Shown: piece after piece, positions 21,301 to 31,585 of the stretch | Position numbering within the stretch: the first letter of the stretch is position 1 | Layout: every line of letters starts with the position of its first letter | Source: a virus | Lineage: Duplodnaviria > Heunggongvirae > Uroviricota > Caudoviricetes | DNA: 64,000 nucleotides | IMG/VR virus record: IMGVR_UViG_3300033489_000001 | Coordinates: 347,619 to 411,618 of that record | Direction: 5' to 3' (one strand) | Translations under genes and position numbers: made by a program | The notes under the pieces: model-generated | The model's database searches: none | What the model saw: the letters and a program-made list of their open reading frames with translations, nothing else | Told to the model about the DNA's origin: nothing

Positions 21301-24300
21301 TTACATTGGTTGTCAGAGTCACTTCTGTACGATTAGTAGTTGCATCAAACTTAGACCCAGATACTTCAAAGAAATCCGTAAAACTAGAAGACCCATCAGT
21401 GAAAAGAACTACCGTTCCAACTTTATAAAAAGGCGTCCTATCCTCGGGAACCAAAAATCTGTTCATACCCCGAGCGACAACTTCGTAGGTTTGAAGTTCT
21501 GGGGTGAAGTAAGCCGGAATCAAAGGAGCGCTAGTGATCGGCGTAGGACCTGAAGACACATAAACTTTGGGATCAGTATAGGAATTTTGAAAAACTTGAC
21601 GCTTATCTGTTCCTGTATCGTAAAGAGTGACCGTTGTCTCATTCGTACCTGAATCGTAGGTCGAACCTCCAAGGAGATAGACCTCTTGTTGTTCAATACG
21701 AAGCAGATACCCCGCCGGGAAAACTAAAGTCTGATCCCCATGCACAACGAAACTATTACTAGGCAACCCAGTATCCGGATCAGTTTCGTAGATATCTACT
21801 TCGGCCGTCAATAAGGGCGGGTTTAGGATTGTGATGGTCTTTTCCCCGCCCACGGCTTGCGTAACGTAATAGTCAATATAAACCCGCTCGCTTGGACCTA
21901 TTACAGCGCCGTGGGGCAAAGCATCCGTGATTTGGCTATCTGAAAGAAAAGTGATGGTAGAGCTGCTCGTATCTACAACACACTGAACCCCAAGCTGCTG
22001 CGGACGGCCTCCTCTAAATACGGCCGGAGGTGGATTTGAGGCCACAGGAAGACCCGCCGTATTGAAGCTCAAAGTCGAAGTAGGGCTAGGATGATCTTGT
22101 GTAACTTCTTTTCGGATCAAAAAAGTAGCGTATTCTTGAACCGGCGGCCCCGGTAATGTGGGAGGGGTTGTAGACGGGGGCGCTGTTGTGTAAGTAACAA
22201 GTACCTCTTCAAGCGCAAGCATCCGATCCGTAAACTGAATCAAACCTAGTCCGGCCGAAAGCTGATAATCCGTCTTGGGGGTTAGAGCCCGAACCCAATA
22301 AACCGTCTTACCCAAATCAGCCGTAGCAAAATTCAAGTTGCCCGTAGCTTGGCTAATTTGAACGGTACCCGTAGACGGAGTCGTAAAATCCCCATCGGTA
22401 GCCACCAAAACAACCGATGAAAATTGACCACTTGATGCAGGCCCAAAACGAAAACGTGAGACGCCCACGTAAGCCACGGGGATGTTCAAACGAGGCGAAT
22501 TTGAAGCTGTTCCAAGGAACCGGATACGCTCTACACTCGTGGAGGGATCAAGAAGTACCACTTCATTGAAGAAGCGATCAGCCAATACTTCCCGTTCTTC
22601 CTTGACACTATAAGCTGCTCCCGTAACAGTAACCGGAACTGGTGGACCTGACAAACTCGGGGTTTGGGCAATTACATCCGTTGTCAAGACGTGTTGAGTA
22701 ACAACCGTAATGGTATAGACGCCCTTAGCCGTTGTGCTGCTTACTTCAAGCAAATGGCCTGGTAAAACCCCGGCGATTACAAAATCCGCTGTGCTATCGG
22801 TGAAAATTGTACCGGAAAAAGAAGCATTAGTACCTTCAGCCAAGATAGTCCCATGATTGGTGATGAATGAGACAATACCAGAAAGACTATCCAGTAAATA
22901 GTCTTCTCCAAGAACTAATGGAACGGTATCTAAGCTTACAGAAACGTTACTGGATAGAAGAAGAGGGTCGGGAAGAGGGACAGCTATTGTTGGTTGAACT
23001 ATCGGAACAGTTACGGTTTTTCGCTGAGCAAAATAAAAAGTTTGAGTGTCAAAATTAATGAAATAGCCAAGACTTGTAGGAGGTGAAGTTACATCCAAAC
23101 GCGGAAAGTTATCCGATGTATATGATCCTTGGCCTTGAATAACTTTAACCGTGAAAGGATACTTCGAATTATCAATAGGGATAGCCGGTAAGAAAACCTG
23201 AGGTGATTCAATAATCGGATCGGCCCATGTGGATCCTATGGTTTGATAGATGAGCGAAACATCCTTAGGATCAGCCCAAGTTGAAGGCGGAACCGTTGTT
23301 ACGATTTGAGTACGACTGGCATCTAAATTTACGGGAGTCCTAAAGAGACGTAACGAAATGCCACGCTCAATAGGCAAATCTCCGAAGATAACCGTAACTG
23401 ATTGACCTGAGTAGGTTGCTTGATCCGCCGCAGAAAATTGGATTGTTCCATCACTTTGCTTGACTTGAACTACGCCAGTTTCTCCCGGTGGAGTCAAAGC
23501 TGTGACGTAAGAAAACTTTGGGAACTGATGATAAGTAGGAGCGCCGGGTAGAGCAAAGATCAAATCCCCGCCCGCCGGAGGGAGCCCCGAGATAGCCGAG
23601 GGACTTGCAATGTTCCCCAAGACCTGTCTAGGCAAGACTAAGTCCCGAGCGAACACAACCCCATCATAGTAAACTGGAATGCCAGCATAATTAGTCGCAT
23701 CGGTCGAATTAAATTTCAAGCGACCCGTTGCCAATGACCATTGCACGGTGCCCACCGAAGGAGTCGTAAAGGAAGCTTCGTTAGGAACCTCTACCGTCTG
23801 CAAATAGAAACCATAACCAAAACGCAAGAGGGGATGCTGCCCGGTCCCCGGCTTAGGGTTTAGAAAAACTAAGGGATCAGTGAGAGCAATCGGAGCAAAT
23901 CCAATATTCCCCGTGGATTCATCGAAACCAAAAAACTGTTGCTGTTGGAAACGAACGAATTGCCCATTATATGTGACTAAATCCGTAGTGTTCCAATTCA
24001 ACTCGCCACTATCTAAAGCCAATTGTACTGTCAACGAAGGAGGAGAGGTGAAAGAGGCACTTGTTGGAACGATAGCAACCGTAAACGTCCCATAAGTATC
24101 CGTACCCCCCGTAAGTCCTACGGAAAGGCGATAAGGAGCATCAGCCCAAGGGGCGGCTTGAACGGGCGGTTTAACCTTAAGCCGAGTTGTGTTGGAATCA
24201 GATCCCAACGTTCCGGCTACCGTGATGGCACTTCCGGGGAGTGGTTTGAAGCACCCTTGACGGGAGTTGTAGTCAAACCTGTTGAAAGTAGGCCCAATGT

Positions 24301-24553
24301 TGGTGGTGCCTTCATTCTTGACCCACGCAAAATTTGCATTCGCTAGAAGTCCTGCGACCTCAGAAAGCGTACCGGCACCTTCATCAAAGACGAAAATCAG
24401 GTATTCAGTACGAGGATTGGTCTCACTTGAAGGGTACGCTGCATTGTAAGCAGCCTGATCCGAAATATAGTCGTCAGGAGTCTGCGTAAATAAAGAATTA
24501 GATTGACTTACACGGGGAGCCTCAAGCACAAAACCAGTTATCGAAAAACCCAT
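18326..24553 (-). CDS. Very large virion/baseplate structural protein with internal repeats
   Basis: 2075 aa; four repeats like TVQLALDSGELNWN / GTVQWSLATGRLKFN / GVVQVKQSDGTIQFS / GTVQISQATGNLNFA, several 'D..A.F...G..V.I.SG.N' modules and a C-terminal helix. Confidence 0.65.
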   Translation of the reverse strand: MGFSITGFVLEAPRVSQSNSLFTQTPDDYISDQAAYNAAYPSSETNPRTEYLIFVFDEGAGTLSEVAGLLANANFAWVKNEGTTNIGPTFNRFDYNSRQGCFKPLPGSAITVAGTLGSDSNTTRLKVKPPVQAAPWADAPYRLSVGLTGGTDTYGTFTVAIVPTSASFTSPPSLTVQLALDSGELNWNTTDLVTYNGQFVRFQQQQFFGFDESTGNIGFAPIALTDPLVFLNPKPGTGQHPLLRFGYGFYLQTVEVPNEASFTTPSVGTVQWSLATGRLKFNSTDATNYAGIPVYYDGVVFARDLVLPRQVLGNIASPSAISGLPPAGGDLIFALPGAPTYHQFPKFSYVTALTPPGETGVVQVKQSDGTIQFSAADQATYSGQSVTVIFGDLPIERGISLRLFRTPVNLDASRTQIVTTVPPSTWADPKDVSLIYQTIGSTWADPIIESPQVFLPAIPIDNSKYPFTVKVIQGQGSYTSDNFPRLDVTSPPTSLGYFINFDTQTFYFAQRKTVTVPIVQPTIAVPLPDPLLLSSNVSVSLDTVPLVLGEDYLLDSLSGIVSFITNHGTILAEGTNASFSGTIFTDSTADFVIAGVLPGHLLEVSSTTAKGVYTITVVTQHVLTTDVIAQTPSLSGPPVPVTVTGAAYSVKEEREVLADRFFNEVVLLDPSTSVERIRFLGTASNSPRLNIPVAYVGVSRFRFGPASSGQFSSVVLVATDGDFTTPSTGTVQISQATGNLNFATADLGKTVYWVRALTPKTDYQLSAGLGLIQFTDRMLALEEVLVTYTTAPPSTTPPTLPGPPVQEYATFLIRKEVTQDHPSPTSTLSFNTAGLPVASNPPPAVFRGGRPQQLGVQCVVDTSSSTITFLSDSQITDALPHGAVIGPSERVYIDYYVTQAVGGEKTITILNPPLLTAEVDIYETDPDTGLPSNSFVVHGDQTLVFPAGYLLRIEQQEVYLLGGSTYDSGTNETTVTLYDTGTDKRQVFQNSYTDPKVYVSSGPTPITSAPLIPAYFTPELQTYEVVARGMNRFLVPEDRTPFYKVGTVVLFTDGSSSFTDFFEVSGSKFDATTNRTEVTLTTNVIRQYNPGSQILLYSVRPVFEPPALEVQTSGVPILTQTYTVYRRVSGQAGIILSSPLDYTLDASGRLVLATELRLAEEFAIFYTGSRVIQAGSSLQASYTCQIAPNSTNGLKGQILKADYFLLALDTFFYRVETMTNFRGEYAAEIASKASSGSSGPQTSNSSQPNLFEQGRTSLYFDEKHLANQDIVARSSLLFYNDAVNYLEDLLQYLDGRVVGNNDGRFLFDGTTGIVNPSGSATFSDTVTLNDASASFTSVLIGRTVEILSGDNKALKRQIIAVPLATRLTLNTALPTTDAGKYRVLALNQIDDLIQVSPAPYTITFPPFAVTSIGTYKKYYMTGPLSRFYPTVKNFFGVSAVTDESETGDEVLDTKATNITLVSNLHTRLAWGVLTESTATSGATKLKIDDADGSDVYARPPFKNGMKCVVQRRDGTFINNVSSPITISSISGNTLTVSGLAGVSDIGTTVYRSPIDDSSQTGADVLNYYLLSRDYSFNGETGQVTYISAPSDPTLNIPLVEAQALSGKINLNNTLTAPLKFPALYGGIEDDDGEMGFPIQSPNPVSEDVSLAIEDSIIHNSSGTIRPPFTTDPFIGTGSLDLARTTITNSTPFGAPLPQVHDLVRILTGLNASSSFVRITSVGADTVTVDTPFNSVDSGFTYEIALSSLAVTGTATFPNTTTLVDLSALFLVLAKVGYTVVCTSSTNNGERRQISAINSNVSLTLTPALPSMTGCTYRIDNSLATYGGTSGDWLTTLETALAEELVVYTGEQAAILNFFNQVFTDIFVSSTGIATSNRLDDPNGTFITSEINSTHYVFIESGSDAGIYQVQSVFSETRLFVDPSFPIISGVAYRIVSVFGVSKESLVDLFTIYSGLTSLLVSATTFKALITTPVPVVRGGASDTTSFARATLVSDLNVRDTIVDARRTAFPTDVDTVVNILISTDTLYDKRWIWIDSRIDLESGLVVKQATAIANRIKAQADIYNQLVKLLAVEES

Positions 24554-24558
24554 GTATC

Positions 24559-25287
24559 TTAGCCCTCCTTCCTAAGTAAAGGAAGAACAATTTTGGTACC
24601 CTTTTTTGAATTACATGCTCGACAAGCCGGAACGATATTGGTTGAATCATGTGCGCCCCCTTTGGATAGGGCTAGTACATGATCCATATGCACTTGTTTA
24701 GACGGAAGACCTGTGAGGTCGCAACCACAATAAGCACATGTCCAATTCCATTTTTTAAGGGTGTCCATCTCATCTTGAACTGTGAAGCCTCTACCAGGAG
24801 CATTATTCTTAAATGCTTGATATCTCCTCCAGTAGGCCCTTTTTCTTTCTGGGTGTTTCTTACCCCAGTCAGATATGCGGGTTCGCACCTTATCTCGATT
24901 GGCCGTGCGGTACTTTGCACAAGCATCTAGACGTTCATCTAGATGCGTCAGATAGTATTTAGCGCTCCTAGCCCTCTCTTCGTCAAGATGACTAATATAA
25001 TATTCACGACTCTTAGTTAGGGTACAAGCCCTACACCTAATATTTAGGTTATCAGGCCTACTAATGTCCATTCCAAATTTGCTTCTCTCTTTCCAAACTT
25101 TACATACACAGCATCGCTTGAGATTAGGATCAGCGGAAACCTCACGCTTACGAGGGCGACGATGAGCATCCGCAATTTTGGTGCAAGCTCTGCACGTAGG
25201 AGATAAGCCATCGGAACGGCTTTTATTACTTCCGAAAGCACCTAATGCCTTCCTGAGCTTACACCTACAGCAACGCTTCTCAGACAT
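24559..25287 (-). CDS. HNH homing endonuclease with two N-terminal Zn-finger repeats
   Basis: CAYCG...HMDHVLALSKGGAHDSTNIVPACRACNSKKG is a canonical HNH; CCRC...CRAC and CCVC...CRAC repeats. Confidence 0.92.
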   Translation of the reverse strand: MSEKRCCRCKLRKALGAFGSNKSRSDGLSPTCRACTKIADAHRRPRKREVSADPNLKRCCVCKVWKERSKFGMDISRPDNLNIRCRACTLTKSREYYISHLDEERARSAKYYLTHLDERLDACAKYRTANRDKVRTRISDWGKKHPERKRAYWRRYQAFKNNAPGRGFTVQDEMDTLKKWNWTCAYCGCDLTGLPSKQVHMDHVLALSKGGAHDSTNIVPACRACNSKKGTKIVLPLLRKEG

Positions 25288-25329
25288 TACAACCTCTACT
25301 GGCTACAACGAATACTAAACATATTCAAT

Positions 25330-25908
25330 TCAACTTATCTTTCCAAAACCAGAACCTGCTCCGGCAACTGGAGAAGCTGGGCCTACAATTGGAATAGGTA
25401 ACGTAAAGCCAGCAAAGGTAATATCTAAAGCCATTCCAATAGCAGTGGCCAGTTTAATGCTACCTACCCCAGTCATTCCCATAGAGGAGAAACCTTGAAG
25501 CATGGCCGGAACCGCTGAAGGGCCTACAATCCTCGCTATACCACTACCTACTCCAACACTAGGATGATTTGTTTGAAGCAAAGCTAAGGCGGTAAGTCCA
25601 GTTACAAGACCGTTAGTGACTCCAGTTATGGTCAATGGAGAAAACACCCCGATTATGCCCATGGATGAAAAACCAGTATATAATCCTCCTTGTAACAATG
25701 GAGGAGGAACAACAAGAGGCATGATCGAGGTACCAACACCAAAGGTACCAACATCTACAGTGATAGCTTTAGCTTGGGAAGTAAGAAATTGGCATACCCC
25801 CATTGCAATTCCGAGCGCTAATTTTGGCGTCCCAATTCCAATATGTGCCACCGAAAATAAATTTGGGGTGAGGAAACCAACTGCCAGGGCTGAGGGATTA
25901 AGAGGCAT
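25330..25908 (-). CDS. Gly-rich hydrophobic protein after the spike gene (candidate spike tip)
   Basis: 192 aa with three ~64-aa internal repeats; starts immediately after the spike stop codon. Confidence 0.5.
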   Translation of the reverse strand: MPLNPSALAVGFLTPNLFSVAHIGIGTPKLALGIAMGVCQFLTSQAKAITVDVGTFGVGTSIMPLVVPPPLLQGGLYTGFSSMGIIGVFSPLTITGVTNGLVTGLTALALLQTNHPSVGVGSGIARIVGPSAVPAMLQGFSSMGMTGVGSIKLATAIGMALDITFAGFTLPIPIVGPASPVAGAGSGFGKIS

Positions 25909-28086
25909 TTATAAAGTTGACCTAAATAACGCTGAACCTAAGTACGGAATTCCCAAAATAAAGTCAATTGAAGGCGTCCCTGGGGGCAAAACGGGAGTGC
26001 CTCTGATTACACCTAATGCTGCCGCAGGGCTTCCAATCAAAACTTGAGCAGAATTCAATGCAATTGATACAGGAGCGGACAACGTCATAGAGGCCCCTGC
26101 CGTCAAACTCATAGCTAGTCCCGCTGTTATGGAGATGGCACCAGCCGCCGCTGATAAACTTAAGGCTCCCGCCGCCGTGGAGATTGATATTGCGCCACTC
26201 CCCACCGTGACCGTATAAGCCCCTGCCGCCACGTTGGTTGACATTGCTCCCCCGGCAACAACGATTGACCTAGCCCCGGCTGCTAAAGTTTCTGTGAGCC
26301 CGCCAGCGAGTATGGTGGAGGTCTTCCCACCCAAGATAATTGTCTCAAGAACTTGCATGGCATACTGGTACTGACTCTTACCAGAATTTAGAAAGTCGTA
26401 CCCACCCGTATTAACGGCCATTCCCGATTGAGCATTGATGGAAAAGCGGTCAGCAAGAATTCTATATCCACCATTAACCGTAGTGGCCTTTGCCCCGGCC
26501 ACGTTCTCAATTGAATCACCTGACGAATAAACTTGTTTAGTCCCTTGAAGATTTTCACTATACGCTATGTTGTTATTATCTGGGACACCTTGAGCTTCAA
26601 TCACGTACGAGGAGTGCGTACGGAAGATAAGAGCGGCACCAGAGGAGCCCCCACGAAAATCAAAAATTGCTCCACCTTCTAAAGTTAGATGCAAAGCAAT
26701 ACCGTCCGGCGTAGAAGCTCCCAAACGCATCTTGAGAGCCCCGTCCATATTGATCTCAGCCGAAACATTCTTTGTTCCAGAAGAGTACTTCTCAACCCGT
26801 GACCCTGGGATGTTCACAAAAAGCTTGCCTTGCTTTGAAACGGACATAGCAAAAGCGCTAGTTGTATCTGATCTTCCAGCAGGGTTAGGAGGGGGTATGA
26901 TCCGGAGCAAATAAGCGCCCGCCGTAGTATAAGCTTCGCTATCATCTAAAGGAGACCTTGCTATAGGCTCCGTCACAAAGCTCGCTGGCCCTGTAGCTAA
27001 GAAATCATCAAAAAGCTTAGGTCTTAGGACCTGGCCATATTGCTTCAACCCCGTATCCGAAGAGGTGTCATTCCCCACTAAAGTGCCTAACACACGTTCA
27101 ATATAAACAGGCTTTCGATCCATTTGAAAGCCATCAACCTCTTCAAGGACTTCTTGAACAAGGTCCGTTGTGTGCGTCAGTTCAATTCGATCTTCTGTGT
27201 AAACTTCTCCAACGCCCGCATCAGGGTCTTCAAAGTTTACAGGGATTCCGTTGGAATCAGTTTGGTCGGGTAAAATGGCTGGATAGTAAGCTTGGCGGCC
27301 ATTGGAGTAGGTAATTGGAGGAAAAGTTACTGTGTCGTTGATACTATCAAGAACAGTATCAGTACTCACTGTAAAACGTTTGAGAACTGTATTTCCAAAA
27401 TACCGATCTCCAGAGTTTTTTAGTGTCTTTCCTTTTGAAAAGATATCTGGAGGCAGATAACTCCCACTTCTACGTGTTGGCCCTGAAAGTCTAAGAACGC
27501 CTGCATCACTTTCCACACGATGAATGGTCTGTGAAACTAAAGTCCGATCGGAATCCCGAAGTTCAAATAAGTCCCCCGCCCGATTGACCATCTTGACATC
27601 TTTAGTCAACGCAAACTCTGCCCCAGATGAAGACATACCTCCTACATCGCCGGGTTTAAGTTGTAAGCGCTTATACCGCGTTTGCGGAGTGAAGGTCTTA
27701 CTATAAAGGTCCGCATCTTCGGGATCGATTGCGGATGGGTCAGAAGAAGACATGGGATCAAAACGCATCCCTGTCCGTTTACCAACGGGGATGTACCCAA
27801 TAATCATGGCTTCGTAGAGTTGCTTATGCCGCCTACGGTAGCCTATGATGACCATTGAGTTGACTTCTGGGATACCACCCCAAAAGCTACGAGGTCCCGC
27901 CATAGCCTGCGTTAGGTCAATCTCAAAACGTTCCCCACCGCCGGTAAGAATCTTGATATCAGCCTTTAATTCAAATTCATCTACGCGGGTAATGATGCCA
28001 ACTTTAAGACCGAAAGGTGCTCCGGAGTCAACAAACTCAGCTCCATGCACATAACCGGACGGGTTTCTAGGTTTGAAATCAGACAT
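25909..28086 (-). CDS. Baseplate central spike (gpV/gp5/VgrG-C-like)
   Basis: N-terminal OB-fold pattern (KVGIITRVD...GIPEVNSMVIIGY); C-terminal ~8-9-residue G/A-rich beta-helix repeats (GAISISTAAGALSLSAAAGAISITAG). Confidence 0.75.
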   Translation of the reverse strand: MSDFKPRNPSGYVHGAEFVDSGAPFGLKVGIITRVDEFELKADIKILTGGGERFEIDLTQAMAGPRSFWGGIPEVNSMVIIGYRRRHKQLYEAMIIGYIPVGKRTGMRFDPMSSSDPSAIDPEDADLYSKTFTPQTRYKRLQLKPGDVGGMSSSGAEFALTKDVKMVNRAGDLFELRDSDRTLVSQTIHRVESDAGVLRLSGPTRRSGSYLPPDIFSKGKTLKNSGDRYFGNTVLKRFTVSTDTVLDSINDTVTFPPITYSNGRQAYYPAILPDQTDSNGIPVNFEDPDAGVGEVYTEDRIELTHTTDLVQEVLEEVDGFQMDRKPVYIERVLGTLVGNDTSSDTGLKQYGQVLRPKLFDDFLATGPASFVTEPIARSPLDDSEAYTTAGAYLLRIIPPPNPAGRSDTTSAFAMSVSKQGKLFVNIPGSRVEKYSSGTKNVSAEINMDGALKMRLGASTPDGIALHLTLEGGAIFDFRGGSSGAALIFRTHSSYVIEAQGVPDNNNIAYSENLQGTKQVYSSGDSIENVAGAKATTVNGGYRILADRFSINAQSGMAVNTGGYDFLNSGKSQYQYAMQVLETIILGGKTSTILAGGLTETLAAGARSIVVAGGAMSTNVAAGAYTVTVGSGAISISTAAGALSLSAAAGAISITAGLAMSLTAGASMTLSAPVSIALNSAQVLIGSPAAALGVIRGTPVLPPGTPSIDFILGIPYLGSALFRSTL

Positions 28087-31000
28087 TTGTACTCAACCTA
28101 GCTTGGTTGTTTGCCACTTCTTGTTGCAACTTGGCTATCTGTTGGTTAAGCGATTCAATAATCTTTGAAACGCTTGAGCCTGGTATAACTACAGTTGTTG
28201 ATGGTGCTCCTTGCTGTCTTAAAAGTTGATCACGAGTAGCCGTAAGGCGTTGAATACTGGCTTGATCCTGACTGATTTGAGTTGATAACTTGGACCGTTC
28301 CGAATTCTTACGTAAATCATTTCCGAAATTACTCCACGCCTTTGAAATGCCCTGTGCATTTGTCTGAATTGCTCCTAATGTAGCCTTAGGATCGCCCAAC
28401 ATATAACGATTGCCGGGATTAAAAGGTGGAGCAAATTCCGATGGGGGGTTGATCTGATCTGCATTAAGTCCCGATGCGTTTCTGGGAGATATAGGTAATA
28501 AATCCCCTCTAATAGCACTTTCAAATTGTTGATGGGGCTCGTCGAGAGCTGCGTAAAGGTTGACTAAAAATTGGTCTATTTTCGAAATAACTTCCGCATT
28601 TGTTTGGGTGAGTATAGAGTTTGCAGGCGAGCTATATTGAGTTTGTAAACCACTGAATTTCTTTTGTGCCTCAGCAAGATTCCGCTCCAAGATGGTGTTA
28701 TTCCAATCTTGTTCTAAGACAGCTTGCTGTTTCGCCTGATTTTCTGGATCTTCAAAAGCTTCTTTTTGAAGCTCTGCCAACTGGTTTTGTCCTTGACTAA
28801 GTTGGGTCGCTGCTAAAGTAACGGCTGATTCGGCTTGTTTTACAGCACTACTATTAGTATTGATGGGGCCTCCCCCGGCCTCTAATGATGTTAAAATCGA
28901 GGCGTCTCCGGTTGAGGTTCCAGACAATGTTTTTACTTGATACCCGGAATTAATCCACGCCAGCTCCTGCCTTCCCGTTATACATGCACAATCTTCATCA
29001 CTCTTTGTTGACGAATCTTTCACAGACATTTCCATCAAAGTCAAAGCACGAGACAGTTGGGAAGCTTCAACTGATGGAGAACCTTTATCTTCTTGTGATC
29101 CAAGAGTGGGAGAACTAACAAAATTATCCCCTACGTCTACGAACTTAGGCTCCCTATTGTCTGGGGTTACGGGAACCAAAGCCGCCGCCGTTTGACGATC
29201 ATCCGGGGTCAAAGTTGAGAGAGTGGAAGCAGGACTTTGATACCCAGTAGTTACCGTAACAAGTCCTTGAGATTGAGCTGTCAGCATCTCCTGTAAGCCG
29301 CCTTTGCCACCTGAAAGGGCTAGCTGTACGTCTACCGTCGCCCGTGTTCCCGTAGCGCTATTAGTAATCAACCGGCCGTCTTTCAAGAAAAGACGACGCC
29401 CATATTGGAAATGTCCAATGACTTCAAAACCGCGTTCATCGCTCACAGGACGAATTAAGGCAGTCTTACCCCGAAGAGCAGCAAGAGCTGCATCATCTTT
29501 TGGTTTAACGTTTAGATTCTTTTGAGGCAAGAGAAGAATCTCACTAATAACCCCACCACCGGCTGAAGAATCGCGTGCATAGACATAGACACCGGCTGAA
29601 TTAAGTCCGTATTGATAGCGGTTAGTTAGATATTTGTCGAGGATAGTGCTTGTTTTGTTAGCTACAAGAGAGGCAAAAACTTGCTGGTTATCTTCACTCA
29701 ATACTGCTTGTTGCGCTTCCTGATTCTTTTTAGCAACGTTAGGATTTGGACCTGTCTTTTGTCCTGCTGCCTTCGCTACAGAATCAAGATCTGATGGAGC
29801 AAATGGTCGAGTATAGACCATAACGACATTAGGATATCCAACAATACGCCCTGTCTTTGGGTGCCGCAAAATAAGGGGTTCGTAAGGATTATCTGTCCCC
29901 GCTTTAGCTTCAAAAGCATCTGCCGAAGGAGGCAAAGAGGCTGTGTGTGAAGCATCAAGCTTAAACATGCTCTTGGAAAGCTGCTTAGAGCTGTAGCGAA
30001 AGGAACGAGGAATATTTTCTTTATTCGCTTCCGTTTCACCTTTGGGGCCAGAAGAAAGTTTTAGATCCCCGATACCTCTTGGAGCGATAAACTTAGAACG
30101 TTTAGCCGTTAGAGTCAGAGAAGTTGTGGCTCTACCCCCAAATTGTATACTGTGACTGATTCCTGATACGTACCAGATTTGATCTTTAGGAGCAATATAG
30201 ATAGGAAACCCGAGGCGTAGTTCGGGTCTCATCGGAATAGTCACAGTCCCTCTGTGCCTACGGGAATTAATACGGTCCAACGTATCAAGACCCCAATAGA
30301 ACATAAGTTGAAGATCAGACAAGAATTCCGAATTCAAAGATTGCGAACGCCAACCATATTTTCGCAACAGATGATAATCTGTGACGGAGGTAAAAGGACT
30401 TATCTCAGCCGATACTCCTATATCAACAGTACCCGCAAAGGAACCTTGTAGAATAAGTTGTGTAACAACTTCCGACTCGGATTCTGAGAAATCCCAATCT
30501 ATAACGTCAATGTCTTGTATCCATGAAAGAGGCTTATTACTAATAACATCCAAATTATAAAAAGGGGGCTTAAATACAATGTCCCCAGTTACGTCCATAT
30601 AAAATTCAAAACCAATGGCGTTTTTAGCTGCATTAGCTAGCTCTAACTTTGTTTGGTACTCGGATTGCCACAGATCAACTTGACCAGCATTTGACATTAC
30701 CTGTTTATACGCAACGACATTAGGAGAAGCAGGATCAAATATCGCTTGACCGCCACCATGAGTACCTGCACCTATAGCTCTTGAAGCAACCTTATTTGCC
30801 ACTACTTGGCCACTCTGATGATACCTTGGGTATTTCTGGTATAAAGTATCCCCCCGTACAGAGTTGCCTTGTGTCCCATACAAAACAAGATTGCTTCGCA
30901 TACGGGTAAAGCGCTTTTCCCAATAAGCCATCATATCGGAAAGCGCATTTTGAAACGTAGGTCTCTGTGCAGACTCTTTAACTAATTGCTGCATAGACCC

Positions 31001-31585
31001 CGTTGCAACTATTATGTCACCAAAAGATTGTAGGGCTAATGAATAAATTAGATCGTAAGGATTTACCTGAGCGTAAACACCACCTCTAGCGTAATCTTTG
31101 CCAAGTTGCCCATCAGGAGCCGTATAGGCAGGATTGATATTCATCTTGCAAATATCCCACCACTTCAATATATCTTGGCAGTGGGTAGATACTGTATGCT
31201 CCCCACCTGAATAATTGTCAGTAACTTCTGTAACAATGCCCCAAAAGATAGGATAGTACTGCGGAACGCCCTCAACTAAGTAGTACCCTTTGGCATAGAT
31301 CTCAACTTCCATCATTGGAGTAATGAGAGCTTCCCCATCGAAGTAGAATTGATCTATAGAATGACGTGGGATGGACAAGTTTATGGAAGCGCTTCCAGGA
31401 GAACTGTCCACGCTCAAATCAGTTTGGATAGAGGTAATATACCGGTTCAGGTTAAATGAACGCTGGCAACGAGGGCATCCGATTACGTCAATCTGTCCAT
31501 TGATATAAACAACAGCGTCCGGAGCCGTAACTACAGTAGGCCGGATGTTCGGTTGGAAAGTGCCTTGGAAGGGACTGCGAGCCAT
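28079..31585 (-). CDS. Baseplate hub (gp27/gpD-like) with long C-terminal extension
   Basis: PGSASINLSIP, IFWGIVTEV, GFEFYMDVTGDIVFKPPFY, RGTVTIPMRPELRLGFPI, WYVSGISHSI...TTSLTLT. Confidence 0.8.
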   Translation of the reverse strand: MARSPFQGTFQPNIRPTVVTAPDAVVYINGQIDVIGCPRCQRSFNLNRYITSIQTDLSVDSSPGSASINLSIPRHSIDQFYFDGEALITPMMEVEIYAKGYYLVEGVPQYYPIFWGIVTEVTDNYSGGEHTVSTHCQDILKWWDICKMNINPAYTAPDGQLGKDYARGGVYAQVNPYDLIYSLALQSFGDIIVATGSMQQLVKESAQRPTFQNALSDMMAYWEKRFTRMRSNLVLYGTQGNSVRGDTLYQKYPRYHQSGQVVANKVASRAIGAGTHGGGQAIFDPASPNVVAYKQVMSNAGQVDLWQSEYQTKLELANAAKNAIGFEFYMDVTGDIVFKPPFYNLDVISNKPLSWIQDIDVIDWDFSESESEVVTQLILQGSFAGTVDIGVSAEISPFTSVTDYHLLRKYGWRSQSLNSEFLSDLQLMFYWGLDTLDRINSRRHRGTVTIPMRPELRLGFPIYIAPKDQIWYVSGISHSIQFGGRATTSLTLTAKRSKFIAPRGIGDLKLSSGPKGETEANKENIPRSFRYSSKQLSKSMFKLDASHTASLPPSADAFEAKAGTDNPYEPLILRHPKTGRIVGYPNVVMVYTRPFAPSDLDSVAKAAGQKTGPNPNVAKKNQEAQQAVLSEDNQQVFASLVANKTSTILDKYLTNRYQYGLNSAGVYVYARDSSAGGGVISEILLLPQKNLNVKPKDDAALAALRGKTALIRPVSDERGFEVIGHFQYGRRLFLKDGRLITNSATGTRATVDVQLALSGGKGGLQEMLTAQSQGLVTVTTGYQSPASTLSTLTPDDRQTAAALVPVTPDNREPKFVDVGDNFVSSPTLGSQEDKGSPSVEASQLSRALTLMEMSVKDSSTKSDEDCACITGRQELAWINSGYQVKTLSGTSTGDASILTSLEAGGGPINTNSSAVKQAESAVTLAATQLSQGQNQLAELQKEAFEDPENQAKQQAVLEQDWNNTILERNLAEAQKKFSGLQTQYSSPANSILTQTNAEVISKIDQFLVNLYAALDEPHQQFESAIRGDLLPISPRNASGLNADQINPPSEFAPPFNPGNRYMLGDPKATLGAIQTNAQGISKAWSNFGNDLRKNSERSKLSTQISQDQASIQRLTATRDQLLRQQGAPSTTVVIPGSSVSKIIESLNQQIAKLQQEVANNQARLSTNV

